From a virus (lineage: Duplodnaviria > Caudoviricetes), in IMG/VR virus record IMGVR_UViG_3300027712_000037, positions 1 to 56,111 of that record: a stretch of DNA of 56,111 nucleotides; one strand, given 5' to 3'. Position 1 is the first letter of the stretch. Every line of letters starts with the position of its first letter. The notes beneath the pieces were generated by a model that saw nothing but the letters and a program-made list of their open reading frames with translations, made no database searches and was not told the origin of the DNA. Position numbers and translations under genes: made by a program. Positions 1 to 11,269 of the stretch are shown here, piece by piece.

Positions 1-493
1 TTTGAAAAACAATAATACCAATAAAAGCATTAATGATACTGGCAATGACAATAGCAATAAGACCAATAAACATAAACTTACCCATGCTATCAAGATTGCT
101 TTTAGTAAAGTATCCATAAAAACTCATTACTCCAAATAATACCGCTGCACCCATAAAAGCAGTAATAATACTACCCATTTGAAATACAGCAAAAATCGTA
201 GCAAAACTTAGACCCATTATGGCAGCGAATCCATGCAGCATAAACATTGCCATTTCTTTGGATGGTCTGCGAGATAGTGCATATGTAATAGCAAAAATAG
301 CAAGTAATGGTGCAAACATTACTATCCATTTCATTACGCCGGTAAAGAAAAATGCTAGCAACTGTGGTGATGTACCGACAAAATAACTAACAAGCATACT
401 CACCAAAACTGCAAGACTCATGTTTTTATAAACACCAGCCATTGCTGTATTAATTGCAGTTGCATCTGGGTAAACTCTAGCTGTATAATACAT
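1..493 (-). CDS. Bax inhibitor-1/YccA-family membrane protein (runs off window edge; not in ORF track)
   Basis: Hand translation: MYYTARVYPDATAINTAMAGVYKNMSLAVLVS...MFAPLL...FAAIMGLSFATIFAVF...AFMGAAVLFGVMSFYGYFTKSNLDSMGKFMFIGLI; several TM helices; AAGGAG RBS upstream. Confidence 0.85.
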   Translation of the reverse strand, partial: MYYTARVYPDATAINTAMAGVYKNMSLAVLVSMLVSYFVGTSPQLLAFFFTGVMKWIVMFAPLLAIFAITYALSRRPSKEMAMFMLHGFAAIMGLSFATIFAVFQMGSIITAFMGAAVLFGVMSFYGYFTKSNLDSMGKFMFIGLIAIVIASIINAFIGIIVFQ

Positions 494-495
494 AA

Positions 496-786
496 TTAAC
501 TCCTTAATGTTTCAAAACTAATAATTTTTCCCAACTCTTCGCCGAGGTCTTTATCCTCAGTAACAATGTGTAATTTATGTTCACCGCGGTCACGGTGTCT
601 ATCGTATTGGTGATATTCAACGATGAATCCACCATTTGCTTTGTACACCGTGAAGTTCATACCAAATGAATTTAGGTTAGAGGTCTTGGGTGAGCCACCA
701 ATAGTCGGGGTTGCATAAACTGCAACATCAGCATCTTTCAAAGAACGATTAAATTTTTTGTTAAGCCAACGAATAATAAATTGCAT
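496..786 (-). CDS. hypothetical protein
   Basis: 96-aa ORF tightly packed in the operon. Confidence 0.7.
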   Translation of the reverse strand: MQFIIRWLNKKFNRSLKDADVAVYATPTIGGSPKTSNLNSFGMNFTVYKANGGFIVEYHQYDRHRDRGEHKLHIVTEDKDLGEELGKIISFETLRS

Positions 787-1140
787 TTAGATTACCTTAT
801 CACCCATAGTATGGTCTAGCACAGGCTCGTCACTGACCATTAAAATGTCATTATTATCTATTTTGCGTATAGTATGCTCACCTGTACTATCTTCTATTGT
901 AATACCACGAGTCCACCGACCGTGACTAATTAGAATATATTGACCAACTTTAACATCTTTTTGTTCAGGCCCAATTGCATATACACGCCCCCAACGAGGT
1001 CTAATACCTGAGTTTTTCATATCATCATTGAGAATTATGATTCCTCCTGCACTAATACGCTCATCAAATGCCATGTCTGACACTATAACACTGTCATGCA
1101 ATGCCCGTAAATTATTGATCTTGTGTGCTTGTATTGTCAT
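787..1140 (-). CDS. groES: GroES-like co-chaperonin
   Basis: LRALHDSVIV...SAGGII...GRVYAIGP...VKVGQYIL...DIL motifs; start moved to ATG 1140, which has AAGGAG upstream. Confidence 0.85.
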   Translation of the reverse strand: MTIQAHKINNLRALHDSVIVSDMAFDERISAGGIIILNDDMKNSGIRPRWGRVYAIGPEQKDVKVGQYILISHGRWTRGITIEDSTGEHTIRKIDNNDILMVSDEPVLDHTMGDKVI

Positions 1141-1492
1141 TTGTATTATTAATCTCCTTAGCTTTAATTTGTTCAACTTCTAAATCATCTTCGAACTCAG
1201 CGTCAAGTTCTTTTTCAAGTTCCGTTAATTCTTCTTTAACTATATCAGGTTTAACTTTGTTTCTTTCAATGGGCTCAGGAGGTCTCCTAACTATATTAGC
1301 TGAACGGTTACCTACAGTTTTTGAATAGTTGTCATTAACTCTATTAGTGACGGGTTTAATTACTTTTCCTGTAGAATCAATCGTGTCGCCACGAGCATTA
1401 ACTTTCATGTTACCAACGGCTCTTGCTTTTTCGTTTTTAGCAGCTAATACTCCCATATCTACCACTTTTCCCATTGCTGTTTTATATTTCAT
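1112..1492 (-). CDS. hypothetical protein (late promoter upstream)
   Basis: 126-aa ORF, AAGGAG RBS, ATAAATA at 1514-1520. Confidence 0.75.
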   Translation of the reverse strand: MKYKTAMGKVVDMGVLAAKNEKARAVGNMKVNARGDTIDSTGKVIKPVTNRVNDNYSKTVGNRSANIVRRPPEPIERNKVKPDIVKEELTELEKELDAEFEDDLEVEQIKAKEINNTNDNTSTQDQ

Positions 1493-1516
1493 AATGAAAC
1501 TCCTTATATAGAATAT

Positions 1517-2023
1517 TTATTTTAAGAATTCGTCGATTGATAAATCGTAATATAATGAATTAATTCTATGGACACCTATCAAAAATAACACGAAACTGGC
1601 TACACTGCTTCCCCTGCCCACTCCCCATACTATATTATTTGCTCTCATAGTATCTACCAAATACTTAAGATAACGTAATAAATCAAACATTTCACGCTCT
1701 TGGAACAGTATTAATTCTTCACCAACTCGTTGTAATTCTGTGTTATTTTGACATAAATCTAGTACATATTTAGCAATATCAAAATTCTTATATTCTTCAG
1801 GCATTAACCAATTATTTTGCAAATTGCTATCAAATTCTTTTACGGTTAATTTAGGATCAGAATACAGTATAGTATTTGGTATATCAAATAATTCTAAGTT
1901 GTCTGAAAATTTTATAGGAGTTTCTACCCAAACTTCTTTTAATTTTCGTAAAGGATCTTTCAAATATAATCCACAGAGATCATCTTCTGTGTAAATTTGT
2001 TGCCCATACAAATCTGTTTTCAT
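1517..2023 (-). CDS. dnaE: DNA polymerase III alpha (DnaE)-like N-terminal palm fragment
   Basis: RVGEEL..F...LRYLKYLVD...NIVWGVGRGSSVASFVLFLIGVHRINSL...IDEFLK corresponds to the DnaE GPGRGS...FERFL segment; start set at ATG 2023, 5 nt after a -10 box. Confidence 0.85.
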   Translation of the reverse strand: MKTDLYGQQIYTEDDLCGLYLKDPLRKLKEVWVETPIKFSDNLELFDIPNTILYSDPKLTVKEFDSNLQNNWLMPEEYKNFDIAKYVLDLCQNNTELQRVGEELILFQEREMFDLLRYLKYLVDTMRANNIVWGVGRGSSVASFVLFLIGVHRINSLYYDLSIDEFLK

Positions 2024-2028
2024 AACTG

Positions 2029-2057
2029 ATTGTAACACCACTTAAGGTAAACATCAA
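2029..2057 (-). promoter_or_regulatory. sigma70-type promoter giving a leaderless dnaE-N transcript
   Basis: TTGATG-17 nt-TACAAT with extended -10 TGn; ATG 5 nt downstream. Confidence 0.65.
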
Positions 2058-2060
2058 GAG

Positions 2061-2660
2061 TTATTTGTCCAAATTTAAAAAAACAATCTCATTGTCTGTA
2101 GAAGAATCTTTTTGTTTCCAAGCTAATCCCAAATCAATCCAATCATTGGTTTCTTTTTTTAGCTCGACTATTTTATCTTTTTTATTTAGTTTCTTTGCCC
2201 AATCTGTAATACAAGGTCCAGAATTATTCCACCAAGAAACATTTCTATTCCAAAAGTCAACATGTTCATCATGGGTAACATAAAATTCCACATCATCAGA
2301 AATCAATGATGAAATTTTTATTTGTGTAACATACAATTTACTATCGGTAATAGTATTAATCTTTTTTAATAATACTAATGCTACAATTTGATCGTATGGT
2401 TCTTCAGGCAATGTGCAAACTTTTAATCCTGCCTTAATATAATTTTCAATTACATTCTTATTAGTTTCGTGTACAAAAACACAATTATCCACACCATTAA
2501 TAAACAAATGTTTAATGCGATCTAATGCAATGTTTTGTATTGATATATCTTCAACGGTTACTTCCATGTAAAGCCTAATATTATAGGTATTAATTAGGAA
2601 TTTATTTTCATAATATAAGCCTGCTTGAAAAGCAAAATCTTTTGATACTCTAGCGCTCAT
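2061..2660 (-). CDS. hypothetical protein, possible degenerate QueD/PTPS T-fold
   Basis: 199-aa ORF; VSKDFAFQA...NTYNIRL...DRIK...VDN...LPEEP pattern echoes QueD but lacks the Zn histidines. Confidence 0.45.
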   Translation of the reverse strand: MSARVSKDFAFQAGLYYENKFLINTYNIRLYMEVTVEDISIQNIALDRIKHLFINGVDNCVFVHETNKNVIENYIKAGLKVCTLPEEPYDQIVALVLLKKINTITDSKLYVTQIKISSLISDDVEFYVTHDEHVDFWNRNVSWWNNSGPCITDWAKKLNKKDKIVELKKETNDWIDLGLAWKQKDSSTDNEIVFLNLDK

Positions 2661-2886
2661 TTTGTTTCTTTATGTCAATCTTTGAACTAATATTTTGCTT
2701 TTTTATCATTTCATCCATTTTCTTTTGATATTCGGCTTTATAGCTGTCAATTACCATTTGTATTTGATGAATTAGCGGACCATTTCCAGTCTTATAAGCA
2801 AAATTTAACTTTCCAGTAAGATCGGATATCGTAGTTTGTAACTCTTCTAATTTTTTATCAGATAAATTATTTATAAATGGATGCAT
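2650..2886 (-). CDS. hypothetical helical protein
   Basis: 78-aa ORF in operon. Confidence 0.7.
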   Translation of the reverse strand: MHPFINNLSDKKLEELQTTISDLTGKLNFAYKTGNGPLIHQIQMVIDSYKAEYQKKMDEMIKKQNISSKIDIKKQNER

Positions 2887-2890
2887 TTAT

Positions 2891-4159
2891 TTACCATGAA
2901 TTTAAAGGAATTCTTCTCCAAATATCGGATCCTACATATATATTAGCAGTTGTTGCGGTACTATTAGAACTTAATGTTATTGCTGTATCCGCTACACCAT
3001 TTGTTCTAGATTGACTAATTGTTATGTTGGGGCTAGAAACAGTTTTAATATAGTAAACAGTATTAGCAACTATTTCTGCAATATTTGCTGTAAAAATTAT
3101 AGGAGCATTAACTACTAAATTAGTAGTATTATTTAATGTAATGTTATTAGTTGTTACTGTGGTTGATATAACATTTTTTGTGTATACTGTAGCATCATAA
3201 TTATCAGTAGAAATATACAAATATCTTACAGGATTAGCATACATTGTGCCAGATGAACCTGATAAGTTTGCATTAGCGCCACCTAAAGTAGATGATACGG
3301 TAAATGTATTACTTGATACCACATTTCTAACATAGTATGTATTTCCAGATACGATGTTAGCTTCGAAACTTGTGCCCGTAAATACTATAGGTTGATCTTT
3401 ATACAACTGTAGAGTATTTCCAGTAGTAGTAAAATAATCCGCTGCATTGCTACTAGTAATTACCAGTTGATTAATACTAGGATCAACTGATACTGTTCCT
3501 GCTACATCACCTTGAAATCCAGTGGGAGCAGGACTTCTTTGTTGAATTTGTGTAGATTGAGGTGATCTATTATATGGTTCAATCGTAATTGTATTACCGC
3601 AATCTAATGTACTTAGTCTATAATCTAATTGAGATATATTATAAGGAACAGAAATATTTGAAGTACCGGTAATATAATTTTCTAACCCAGTTAGTCCAAA
3701 ATTATTATTTGATGCTATTACCTGACTAGGCCAAGTGATTACTGCATTTGCATTACTAATTGCTAGCTGTAACTGAACATTACTCTGCGTTCCGGTAGGA
3801 GCCCAACTACCAAATTGAAATGTGGTATTAGCTGCTATTGTTCCGTATTGTACATCACCCAATGAAACATCAACTAATACGGTGCCTGATAAACTATTAC
3901 CTAAATTAAAAGTAGTTGCTCTAAAACTTCTTGTACTAGCATTACTAATCAATGTATTAGCCATATCATTGTTTACAGTACTATTGGTTAACGCAGACTT
4001 TACAACAACTTTGTTTTGTAGATCACTTATCTCCGTTCCGGCAGTATCAATATTAGTTTTTATAGCATTAAAATTATTTCTAAATCCTTGGCTACTATTA
4101 TTTTGCCCAGGTATAGGATAATTAACATCTATTCCATTTGTATTAATTGCGCTGCTCAT
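2891..4159 (-). CDS. virion structural protein (baseplate/fibre-associated)
   Basis: N-terminal IDVNYPIPGQNNSSQGFRNNF; N/T/S-rich beta repeats; C-terminal WRRIPL; CTAAATA at 4178-4184. Confidence 0.65.
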   Translation of the reverse strand: MSSAINTNGIDVNYPIPGQNNSSQGFRNNFNAIKTNIDTAGTEISDLQNKVVVKSALTNSTVNNDMANTLISNASTRSFRATTFNLGNSLSGTVLVDVSLGDVQYGTIAANTTFQFGSWAPTGTQSNVQLQLAISNANAVITWPSQVIASNNNFGLTGLENYITGTSNISVPYNISQLDYRLSTLDCGNTITIEPYNRSPQSTQIQQRSPAPTGFQGDVAGTVSVDPSINQLVITSSNAADYFTTTGNTLQLYKDQPIVFTGTSFEANIVSGNTYYVRNVVSSNTFTVSSTLGGANANLSGSSGTMYANPVRYLYISTDNYDATVYTKNVISTTVTTNNITLNNTTNLVVNAPIIFTANIAEIVANTVYYIKTVSSPNITISQSRTNGVADTAITLSSNSTATTANIYVGSDIWRRIPLNSW

Positions 4160-4180
4160 AATTCATTTCCAATATAGTAT

Positions 4181-6700
4181 TTAGTACTGTGATTCATCAG
4201 GCAAAATTGTTTGGCGAGGGAATAATACATAAAAATCTTTACTATCTAGTGGACTAGGTGTCGGTGTTGCACTGGGTAATCCAGTCCATGCAGGGGGAAC
4301 CAAACTATTGTCATAATCATATGTCATACTCTTGTTTACACTAAATCTATCAATTTTAAAATTAATCATATTCAATGTATACGGCATTCCATCTTCTTGT
4401 TTCCAATTATTATTGATATTATTTTTTATAATTTCAGCACATCCGGGTTTAGTATAACATATTACCCATGCTTGAGTATATCCCAATGTACTACCGTTTT
4501 GTTGCTGACTAGTCATCCATAACGGCAATAATTTACTATTATTTTCTTGTCCTAATACTTGTCCTACTCGTTTACGCATATTAAATAAACTATTTGGATA
4601 TAAAGTGCGAACATATCCCGGACTTAAACTAGTGTAGTAATCAACTCCTAGAACAGTTTCATAGCTAGTAAATATATTTGTTACACTAGTATACCATGGA
4701 CCTTGATTTAAATTAATTAATTCCGGCCAATATATAGAACTCTCTACACTGATTCCCTGTGAATTAACTAAATTGTCAATAACTTGACTATAAACTACTT
4801 CATATATTATATTACCATTTTCATCTTTTGCTACAGCGGTTTTTAATTCACCTAATGTAATATTTCTCCAATAATGATTTCTAGTTACTGCTGCAATATA
4901 TTCATTTATATCACTAGCAAATATTCCATATGCATGTTCGTAAATAACACTGCTTGCTTTTCCAAAATATATATCATTGGGACGGAACAATAATTCAGGC
5001 GGGATTAATAAATCGTCATTTAATAAAGAAGCAATGATTTCTCTATCTTGCACACTAGGAGCAGCTTTAATGTATAAAATATCTGTGGGCTGATTAAATT
5101 CCTGTACTACGGTTAGTGTAAATGTCTTATTAGAAGCTACTATAGGATAGATAGGAGAATATGCTTGGATTGTAAAGGTAAATAAGGTTTCGGCGCCTAG
5201 TTCTAGTATATTAGTAGTAGGCTGATCTGCCGTATAACCAGTTATTTCTCCATTGCTTAGTAATGTTAGATTTGGTGGAAGTTCCCCGTCTACTATTCTA
5301 TATTCTAAATCTACATCTGATGTTGCTAATACACTTTTTGTACTTAGTTCCCCGTTATAAATATTTCCTAAATTACTTAGAGTAACCCAAGTAATTACAC
5401 CGGTTACCATATTTGATAAATTAAATGAGAAGTTAAATACAGGGCTTTGTATTGTTGGGTTGGCAGTTTTACAAACAGCAACACCAAAATTAAATTGATC
5501 AATTCCTGTGCTTGATAATGTAGGAGTTCCCGTTATCCAACCCGTACTACTATTTCCAGTAAGTGATGGGGGCAAATCTGAAAACAAATAAGTAAATTGA
5601 TTGCCGTCAAAATCATATCCAATGATTTTAAATGCAAAATAATTATTACTTTCCACTGTTCCTATAAAGGCATATTTGGTTGGAGGGTAAGTATCATATA
5701 TACTATCTGCCGGTGGTAGCACATAATAGCCATAATATTGTTCAGAATCTGTTATAATAAATGATTGCGGTCTAGTATTAAATATAGCAGGTTTTCTACT
5801 ATTTGCTGGAAATCCCGGACCTCCTTGACTTTTGGGGGTATTTTGATTTATTATAGTTATACCGTATGATCCTGAATTACCTCCTAAAGAACTAATTATT
5901 TTTAATGTAAAATTATATGTCCTAATAGCTGGTTGCCCTGTTGATATAGAAGGTAAGGTAACACTCATTATTCCGCTACCAGCAGAAAGCACAGTAGTAG
6001 GACCATTTTGGGTAGCGCTTATTGTAAAAGTAGTGTTATCTATTATACTTTTAATATAATATGTGACATTATTTTCTACTCCCCCAAATAGAGAACTTCC
6101 TGAAAATGTAACCGGTCTACCTTCAATAAATTGGTTTGTAGTTAAGCAGGTGAACACATTAGTATTGTTGGCTGTTGCAACTGCAACGGTGACAACTTGG
6201 GGTGCATATATAAATTCAACAGGAGGTTGTGCATAACCTCTTATCAACCCTGTTTCGTTTATTTCTAATCCCGGCGGTAGCTCACCTCCTGTTAGTAAAA
6301 CATTTACTTGATTATTTGGATCAGGATTTAAATATCCAATTTGAAGTTCTACCCAAGTACTATCATTTGATGTTAAAATAATACCATTTGGGGTGGTAAA
6401 TTTAGGTATGGCAGAACCAATAATAGATATAGAAAAACTTCTATCTTTGATATTTCCCAAATTATCAGTGGCTCTAATTGTGAAAGTAGATATGGTTTCT
6501 TTCGTTACCAATGAGGGAGTTCCAAAAATAAGTCCTGAATTATTAATTGATAATCCTTCAGGTAAACTTGCACTTAATAATTGATAAGTTACACTAATAG
6601 CAGGTAATACAGGTATTGCTAAAACTTGTGTACTAAGATAAATTCTTGAAGGGAAAGATCCTAATGTACCTGCAGGTGTAGTCCAAATTGGTTGGGCCAT
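4181..6700 (-). CDS. baseplate-associated protein with Ig-like repeats
   Basis: Repeated LPxGL...G.I.G.P...F.I.A Ig-like units; located in the tail cluster. Confidence 0.65.
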   Translation of the reverse strand: MAQPIWTTPAGTLGSFPSRIYLSTQVLAIPVLPAISVTYQLLSASLPEGLSINNSGLIFGTPSLVTKETISTFTIRATDNLGNIKDRSFSISIIGSAIPKFTTPNGIILTSNDSTWVELQIGYLNPDPNNQVNVLLTGGELPPGLEINETGLIRGYAQPPVEFIYAPQVVTVAVATANNTNVFTCLTTNQFIEGRPVTFSGSSLFGGVENNVTYYIKSIIDNTTFTISATQNGPTTVLSAGSGIMSVTLPSISTGQPAIRTYNFTLKIISSLGGNSGSYGITIINQNTPKSQGGPGFPANSRKPAIFNTRPQSFIITDSEQYYGYYVLPPADSIYDTYPPTKYAFIGTVESNNYFAFKIIGYDFDGNQFTYLFSDLPPSLTGNSSTGWITGTPTLSSTGIDQFNFGVAVCKTANPTIQSPVFNFSFNLSNMVTGVITWVTLSNLGNIYNGELSTKSVLATSDVDLEYRIVDGELPPNLTLLSNGEITGYTADQPTTNILELGAETLFTFTIQAYSPIYPIVASNKTFTLTVVQEFNQPTDILYIKAAPSVQDREIIASLLNDDLLIPPELLFRPNDIYFGKASSVIYEHAYGIFASDINEYIAAVTRNHYWRNITLGELKTAVAKDENGNIIYEVVYSQVIDNLVNSQGISVESSIYWPELINLNQGPWYTSVTNIFTSYETVLGVDYYTSLSPGYVRTLYPNSLFNMRKRVGQVLGQENNSKLLPLWMTSQQQNGSTLGYTQAWVICYTKPGCAEIIKNNINNNWKQEDGMPYTLNMINFKIDRFSVNKSMTYDYDNSLVPPAWTGLPSATPTPSPLDSKDFYVLFPRQTILPDESQY

Positions 6701-6701
6701 T

Positions 6702-7322
6702 TTATCCTTGAAGCATGTTCAATGCAATTTGATAATGATGCTTTCTGTCTTCTAAACCAATGGTTCCGCCATTAATTCTCTTAGTCAATGTAACAAAATC
6801 ATCACGGTCACAATATTGATTTAATTTATTATTATCCCAAAACCATGCTGCACTAACCAGTGCTCCATTTGGAGTTTCTAAGTATGCAATGGTGTCTTCT
6901 ATACTCATGTTTAATGCCTGTGCAAACTTAGTATAGTTGTCTCTTCCTGTTAATTGTATTAACCCACGACCACAAAAACGATAACCATCACCAGACGCTT
7001 CATCACCGTTTTTCATTCTATTAGCATAGACACGGTTAGCTATCTTTTCTGGTTTTTTCTCGTATTGTTTTGCGGTAGCTTCATCAGGAAAATACTTTTT
7101 AAAAGTAGTCATTAATCCCTTAGCACTATAATTCAAATTTTCTTTTATAGCAGTAAATCCACCTGATTCATGTGCTACCTGTGCTAAAAATCCTGCTATT
7201 CTTTTTGGATTTTCAAACATCTCATAATACTCGCCCACAGTATTAATTGGTTCTACATATTTTTCTAAAATTGTAGGTTTTGTTTTTGGACAAATTGTTT
7301 TTAGTATATTTAAAGTTATCAT
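6702..7322 (-). CDS. GH19 chitinase-like lysozyme/endolysin
   Basis: [43 protein letters not shown] motifs; ATGA overlap with the upstream stop at 7319-7322. Confidence 0.92.
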   Translation of the reverse strand: MITLNILKTICPKTKPTILEKYVEPINTVGEYYEMFENPKRIAGFLAQVAHESGGFTAIKENLNYSAKGLMTTFKKYFPDEATAKQYEKKPEKIANRVYANRMKNGDEASGDGYRFCGRGLIQLTGRDNYTKFAQALNMSIEDTIAYLETPNGALVSAAWFWDNNKLNQYCDRDDFVTLTKRINGGTIGLEDRKHHYQIALNMLQG

Positions 7323-10300
7323 ATTGTTCCACTCCACCATTGTAATGTGTTACTACACCAAAGTTGCCTAGAAGTATTAGCCGCAGCCGTTACTGATGCA
7401 TTAGCTGATAGCGTATTAATTTTGCCGGTAGCTGGCGGAAATATTGACAAAGTACTATTACCGATATTAGTAACATAAAATACTGCCCCCACAGGTCCCT
7501 GTGGTAATATTACAGCGTTAGAACCACTAACGGATGTTACCATATTAATATCATAAGTTCCTAAAGTAGTAGTAGTATTAGCTATAGTAGTACCGGATGC
7601 TGTTACATTTCCTACTTTTCTTATAATATTTCTACCAGATGTAATACTATTGGCACTAATATTTCCAGTAGTAGTGTTATTTCCTGTTGTACTTAAATCC
7701 CCAAATATGTTTACACCAGTGCCAGTAATTGCTGTAGTAAGATTTCCAACTGCTGTTAAGTTAATATTACTATTGGTACTAATAGTAATATTACTATTAC
7801 CATTACTAAGATTCCCTATTAAAGTAGTCGCACTTATAACATTACAACCAGTAATATTACCACTTGAACCACCACCAATAGTAAGTACATTGGCGCTAGC
7901 GTTGAAAACTAATCCTGTAGTACTTACTTTTCCTGCTTGTCCGGCGCCAGCTGCACCTACCATAACTGGATACAATGGAGAAGTAGAAGTATCATTAGAT
8001 GTTGTCAATGTAGATCCACCCGGGGCACCGCTATAACCTGAATATCCACTGGTCCCAGTATAACCACTTATACCTGAAACACCTGAATAGCCACTAGTAC
8101 CTGTATATCCGCTAAGTCCAGAAAAACCACTTACACCAGTATATCCACTTGTACCTGAAGTACCCGAAAAACCACTAATACCTGAAAAACCACTAATACC
8201 TGAAAAACCACTAGTACCTGAAAAACCACTAGTACCTGAAAAACCACTAGTACCAGTATATCCTGAAGTACCTGAAAAACCACTAGTACCAGAATATCCT
8301 GAAGTACCTGATGTACCACTAGTACCTGAAAATCCACTAGTACCTGAAGTACCACTAGTACCTGAAGTACCTGAAAAACCACTAGTACCAGTGTATCCTG
8401 AAGTACCTGAAAAACCACTAGTACCAGTGTATCCTGAAGTACCTGAAAAACCACTAGTACCAGTATATCCTGAAGTACCTGAAAATCCACTAGTACCAGA
8501 ATATCCTGAAGTACCTGAAAAACCACTAGTACCAGTATATCCTGAAGTACCTGAAAAACCACTAGTACCAGAATATCCTGAAGTACCTGAAAAACCACTT
8601 CTACCTGATGTACCTGAGTAGCCACTTACACCTGATGTACCTGAAGTACCGCTAGTACCAGAATATCCTGAAGTACCTGAAGTACCACTAGTCCCTGAAG
8701 TACCTGAAAAACCACTTACACCAGTATAACCACTAATACCCGAAATACCGGAAAACCCTGAAGGACCTCTAACGGGCCCAATATTAGAATATGTGTTATC
8801 CCCATTACTTAATGCACCATCTCCTGCATTATAACCGCCACCGGCATTTAATACAATGTACAGGTATCCTGCAGGTTGCCCAGTTGGTAGAAAAGTATAG
8901 TTGGTTACAGATCCTTGAATAGCGACTGATTCACCTGAGTATCCACTTATGCCTGAAGTGCCACTAGTGCCTGAAGTTCCACTTATGCCTGAAGTACCAG
9001 TATAGCCCGATATGCCACTAGTTCCTGAAGTACCGGTATATCCCGATATACCACTTGTACCTGAAATACCCGAAGTACCAGTATAGCCCGATATGCCACT
9101 AGTACCTGAAATACCCGAAGTACCAGTATAGCCCGATATGCCACTAGTACCTGAAAATCCACTTGTGCCTGATGTACCACTCGTGCCTGATGTACCTGTA
9201 TATCCACTTACACCGGTATATCCTGATATACCGCTTGTTCCTGAAGTACCAGTATATCCCGATATACCACTTGTACCTGAAATACCCGAAGTACCAGTAT
9301 AGCCCGATATGCCACTCGTACCTGAAGTACCTGTATAGCCCGATGTGCCACTAGTACCTGAAGTACCTGTATAGCCCGATGTGCCACTAGTACCTGAAGT
9401 ACCTGTATAGCCCGATGTACCACTTGTTCCTGAAAATCCACTAGTACCTGAAGTGCCGCTAGTACCTGAAAATCCACTAGTACCTGAAAATCCACTAATA
9501 CCCGATGTGCCACTCGTACCTGAAGTACCTGTATAGCCCGATGTGCCACTAGTACCTGAAGTACCTGTATAGCCCGATGTACCACTTGTTCCTGAAAATC
9601 CACTAGTACCTGAAGTGCCGCTAGTACCTGAAAATCCACTAATACCCGAAGTACCACTTATACCTGATGTACCACTAATACCTGAAAATCCACTAGTACC
9701 CGAAGTACCACTAGTACCCGAAGTACCACTCGTACCTGAAAATCCACTCGTACCTGATGTACCACTAGTACCTGATGTACCACTAGTACCTGAAAATCCA
9801 CTAGTACCTGAAAATCCACTAGTACCTGAAAATCCACTAGTACCTGAAAATCCACTAATACCCGAAGTACCACTTATACCTGATGTACCACTAGTACCAG
9901 TATAGCCCGATATGCCACTAGTACCTGATGTACCACTAGTACCTGAAAATCCACTAGTACCTGAAAATCCACTAGTACCTAAAAATCCACTAGTACCTGA
10001 AAATCCACTAGTACCTGAAAATCCACTAATACCCGAAGTACCACTTATACCTGATGTACCACTAGTACCAGTATAGCCCGATATGCCACTAGTACCTGAA
10101 AATCCACTCGTACCTGATGTACCACTAGTACCTGAAAATCCACTAGTACCTGAAAATCCACTAGTACCTGAAAATCCACTAGTACCTGAAAATCCACTAG
10201 TACCTGAAAATCCTGAAGTACCAGTATAACCACTTCTACCTGAAGTACCACTAGTACCTGAAAATCCACTAGTACCTGAAGTACCACTAGTACCTGAAAA

Positions 10301-11170
10301 TCCACTAGTACCTGATGTGCCGCTTGTTCCTGAAACACCAGTATACCCCGATATTCCACTTGTACCTGTATATCCACTTACACCAGTGTAGCCCGATATG
10401 CCACTTACACCAGTATACCCTGATTTTCCACTTGTACCTGAGTATCCTGAAAAACCCGAAACTGTAATAGAACTAGGTGACGCCCAAAATACTCCTGAAC
10501 CGGTCGCGGTCAACACATATCCACTAGTTCCGCCAGATATAAGAATATTAGATGTATTTCCTAAATTAATAGTGCTAACATTAGCAAAATTAGCGCTGCT
10601 AGATACATTCAATGTTCCTGTAGTGATTGCTCCGTTAGCTGTAATATTTGCTCCGATAATATTAGCAGTAGTAACAATATTACCTGTTGCAGAAACTTTA
10701 ACTACTGATGTATTTCCTATAACATTAAGATCATTATTTAAATTAGCATAATTGGCTACTAAATTGCTTAGAGTAGAAGTTCCGTTAACTTGAAGATTAC
10801 CTGCAATATTGGCATAACCATTTAAAATAATATTATTTACATTGGAAATAGTAGTTGGTAAATCTACCCATAAAGTTTGCGAACTAGAAGTAATAGTAGC
10901 GTCTTGACTACCATTAGAATCTCTACCTATACTTAATGTACTGGTATGAACTTGTACACATGCAATATTAGCGGTAACAATAACATTACCAGTTGGTCCG
11001 TTTACAGTAATACCGGCACCAGGTAATCTATTTACTGATGATACAGCCGCACCCTCAAGACCTTTAAAAACTTGTGAAAAGTTTTCTTGTACTTTCTGAA
11101 AAGCCGTCCTTATCGCATCCGCGTTTGGATCATCAGGAAAGGTACCAAAGTCTATATTTTGCTGGCTCAT
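7319..11170 (-). CDS. long tail-fibre-like protein with Gly-X-Ser/Thr triplet repeats
   Basis: N-terminal IDFG..PDD..AD.IRTAFQK.QENF fibre-attachment motif; about 2.4 kb of [12 protein letters not shown] triplets; GATAAATA at 11194-11201. Confidence 0.8.
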   Translation of the reverse strand: MSQQNIDFGTFPDDPNADAIRTAFQKVQENFSQVFKGLEGAAVSSVNRLPGAGITVNGPTGNVIVTANIACVQVHTSTLSIGRDSNGSQDATITSSSQTLWVDLPTTISNVNNIILNGYANIAGNLQVNGTSTLSNLVANYANLNNDLNVIGNTSVVKVSATGNIVTTANIIGANITANGAITTGTLNVSSSANFANVSTINLGNTSNILISGGTSGYVLTATGSGVFWASPSSITVSGFSGYSGTSGKSGYTGVSGISGYTGVSGYTGTSGISGYTGVSGTSGTSGTSGFSGTSGTSGTSGFSGTSGTSGRSGYTGTSGFSGTSGFSGTSGFSGTSGFSGTSGFSGTSGTSGTSGFSGTSGISGYTGTSGTSGISGTSGISGFSGTSGFSGTSGFLGTSGFSGTSGFSGTSGTSGTSGISGYTGTSGTSGISGTSGISGFSGTSGFSGTSGFSGTSGFSGTSGTSGTSGTSGTSGFSGTSGTSGTSGTSGTSGFSGISGTSGISGTSGISGFSGTSGTSGTSGFSGTSGTSGYTGTSGTSGTSGYTGTSGTSGTSGISGFSGTSGFSGTSGTSGTSGFSGTSGTSGYTGTSGTSGTSGYTGTSGTSGTSGYTGTSGTSGISGYTGTSGISGTSGISGYTGTSGTSGISGYTGVSGYTGTSGTSGTSGTSGFSGTSGISGYTGTSGISGTSGISGYTGTSGISGTSGISGYTGTSGTSGISGYTGTSGISGTSGTSGTSGISGYSGESVAIQGSVTNYTFLPTGQPAGYLYIVLNAGGGYNAGDGALSNGDNTYSNIGPVRGPSGFSGISGISGYTGVSGFSGTSGTSGTSGTSGYSGTSGTSGTSGVSGYSGTSGRSGFSGTSGYSGTSGFSGTSGYTGTSGFSGTSGYSGTSGFSGTSGYTGTSGFSGTSGYTGTSGFSGTSGYTGTSGFSGTSGTSGTSGTSGFSGTSGTSGTSGYSGTSGFSGTSGYTGTSGFSGTSGFSGTSGFSGISGFSGISGFSGTSGTSGYTGVSGFSGLSGYTGTSGYSGVSGISGYTGTSGYSGYSGAPGGSTLTTSNDTSTSPLYPVMVGAAGAGQAGKVSTTGLVFNASANVLTIGGGSSGNITGCNVISATTLIGNLSNGNSNITISTNSNINLTAVGNLTTAITGTGVNIFGDLSTTGNNTTTGNISANSITSGRNIIRKVGNVTASGTTIANTTTTLGTYDINMVTSVSGSNAVILPQGPVGAVFYVTNIGNSTLSIFPPATGKINTLSANASVTAAANTSRQLWCSNTLQWWSGTI
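8030..10460 (-). repeat. coding tandem repeat of 9/18-bp units
   Basis: Units such as ccactagta/cctgaagta/cctgaaaat on the + strand; one unique interruption at about 8760-8935. Confidence 0.95.
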
Positions 11171-11227
11171 CCTATCATTACCTCTTATTTTATTATTTAT
11201 CGTTTTAAGATAAACAATTCTATAGCC

Positions 11228-11258
11228 AAAAAAATACCCAGCTAGCTGGGTATTTTTT
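11228..11258. terminator. intrinsic terminator (bidirectional form)
   Basis: AAAAAAATACCCAGC-TA-GCTGGGTATTTTTT just after the 793-aa gene. Confidence 0.85.
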
Positions 11259-11269
11259 ATTAGTTACTT

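Noticed and set aside
1496-1531. Possible SD-pairing stem around the late promoter at 1514-1520
   Set aside because: Only about 6 bp with a GU pair and a long loop; too weak to count with the other hairpin locks.
1517-2041. dnaE pseudogene or split-intein dnaE
   Set aside because: Both fragments are uninterrupted, keep key motifs, have expression signals and are complementary; no intein terminal residues at the junction.
8131-10377. Alternate-frame ORFs (VLVDFQ..., VPENPL...) in the fibre gene
   Set aside because: Shadows of the 9-bp repeat, which lacks stops in other frames; no independent expression signals.
8030-10460. Regular short repeats resembling a CRISPR array
   Set aside because: No unique spacers; the repeats are in-frame codons of one ORF; no cas operon.
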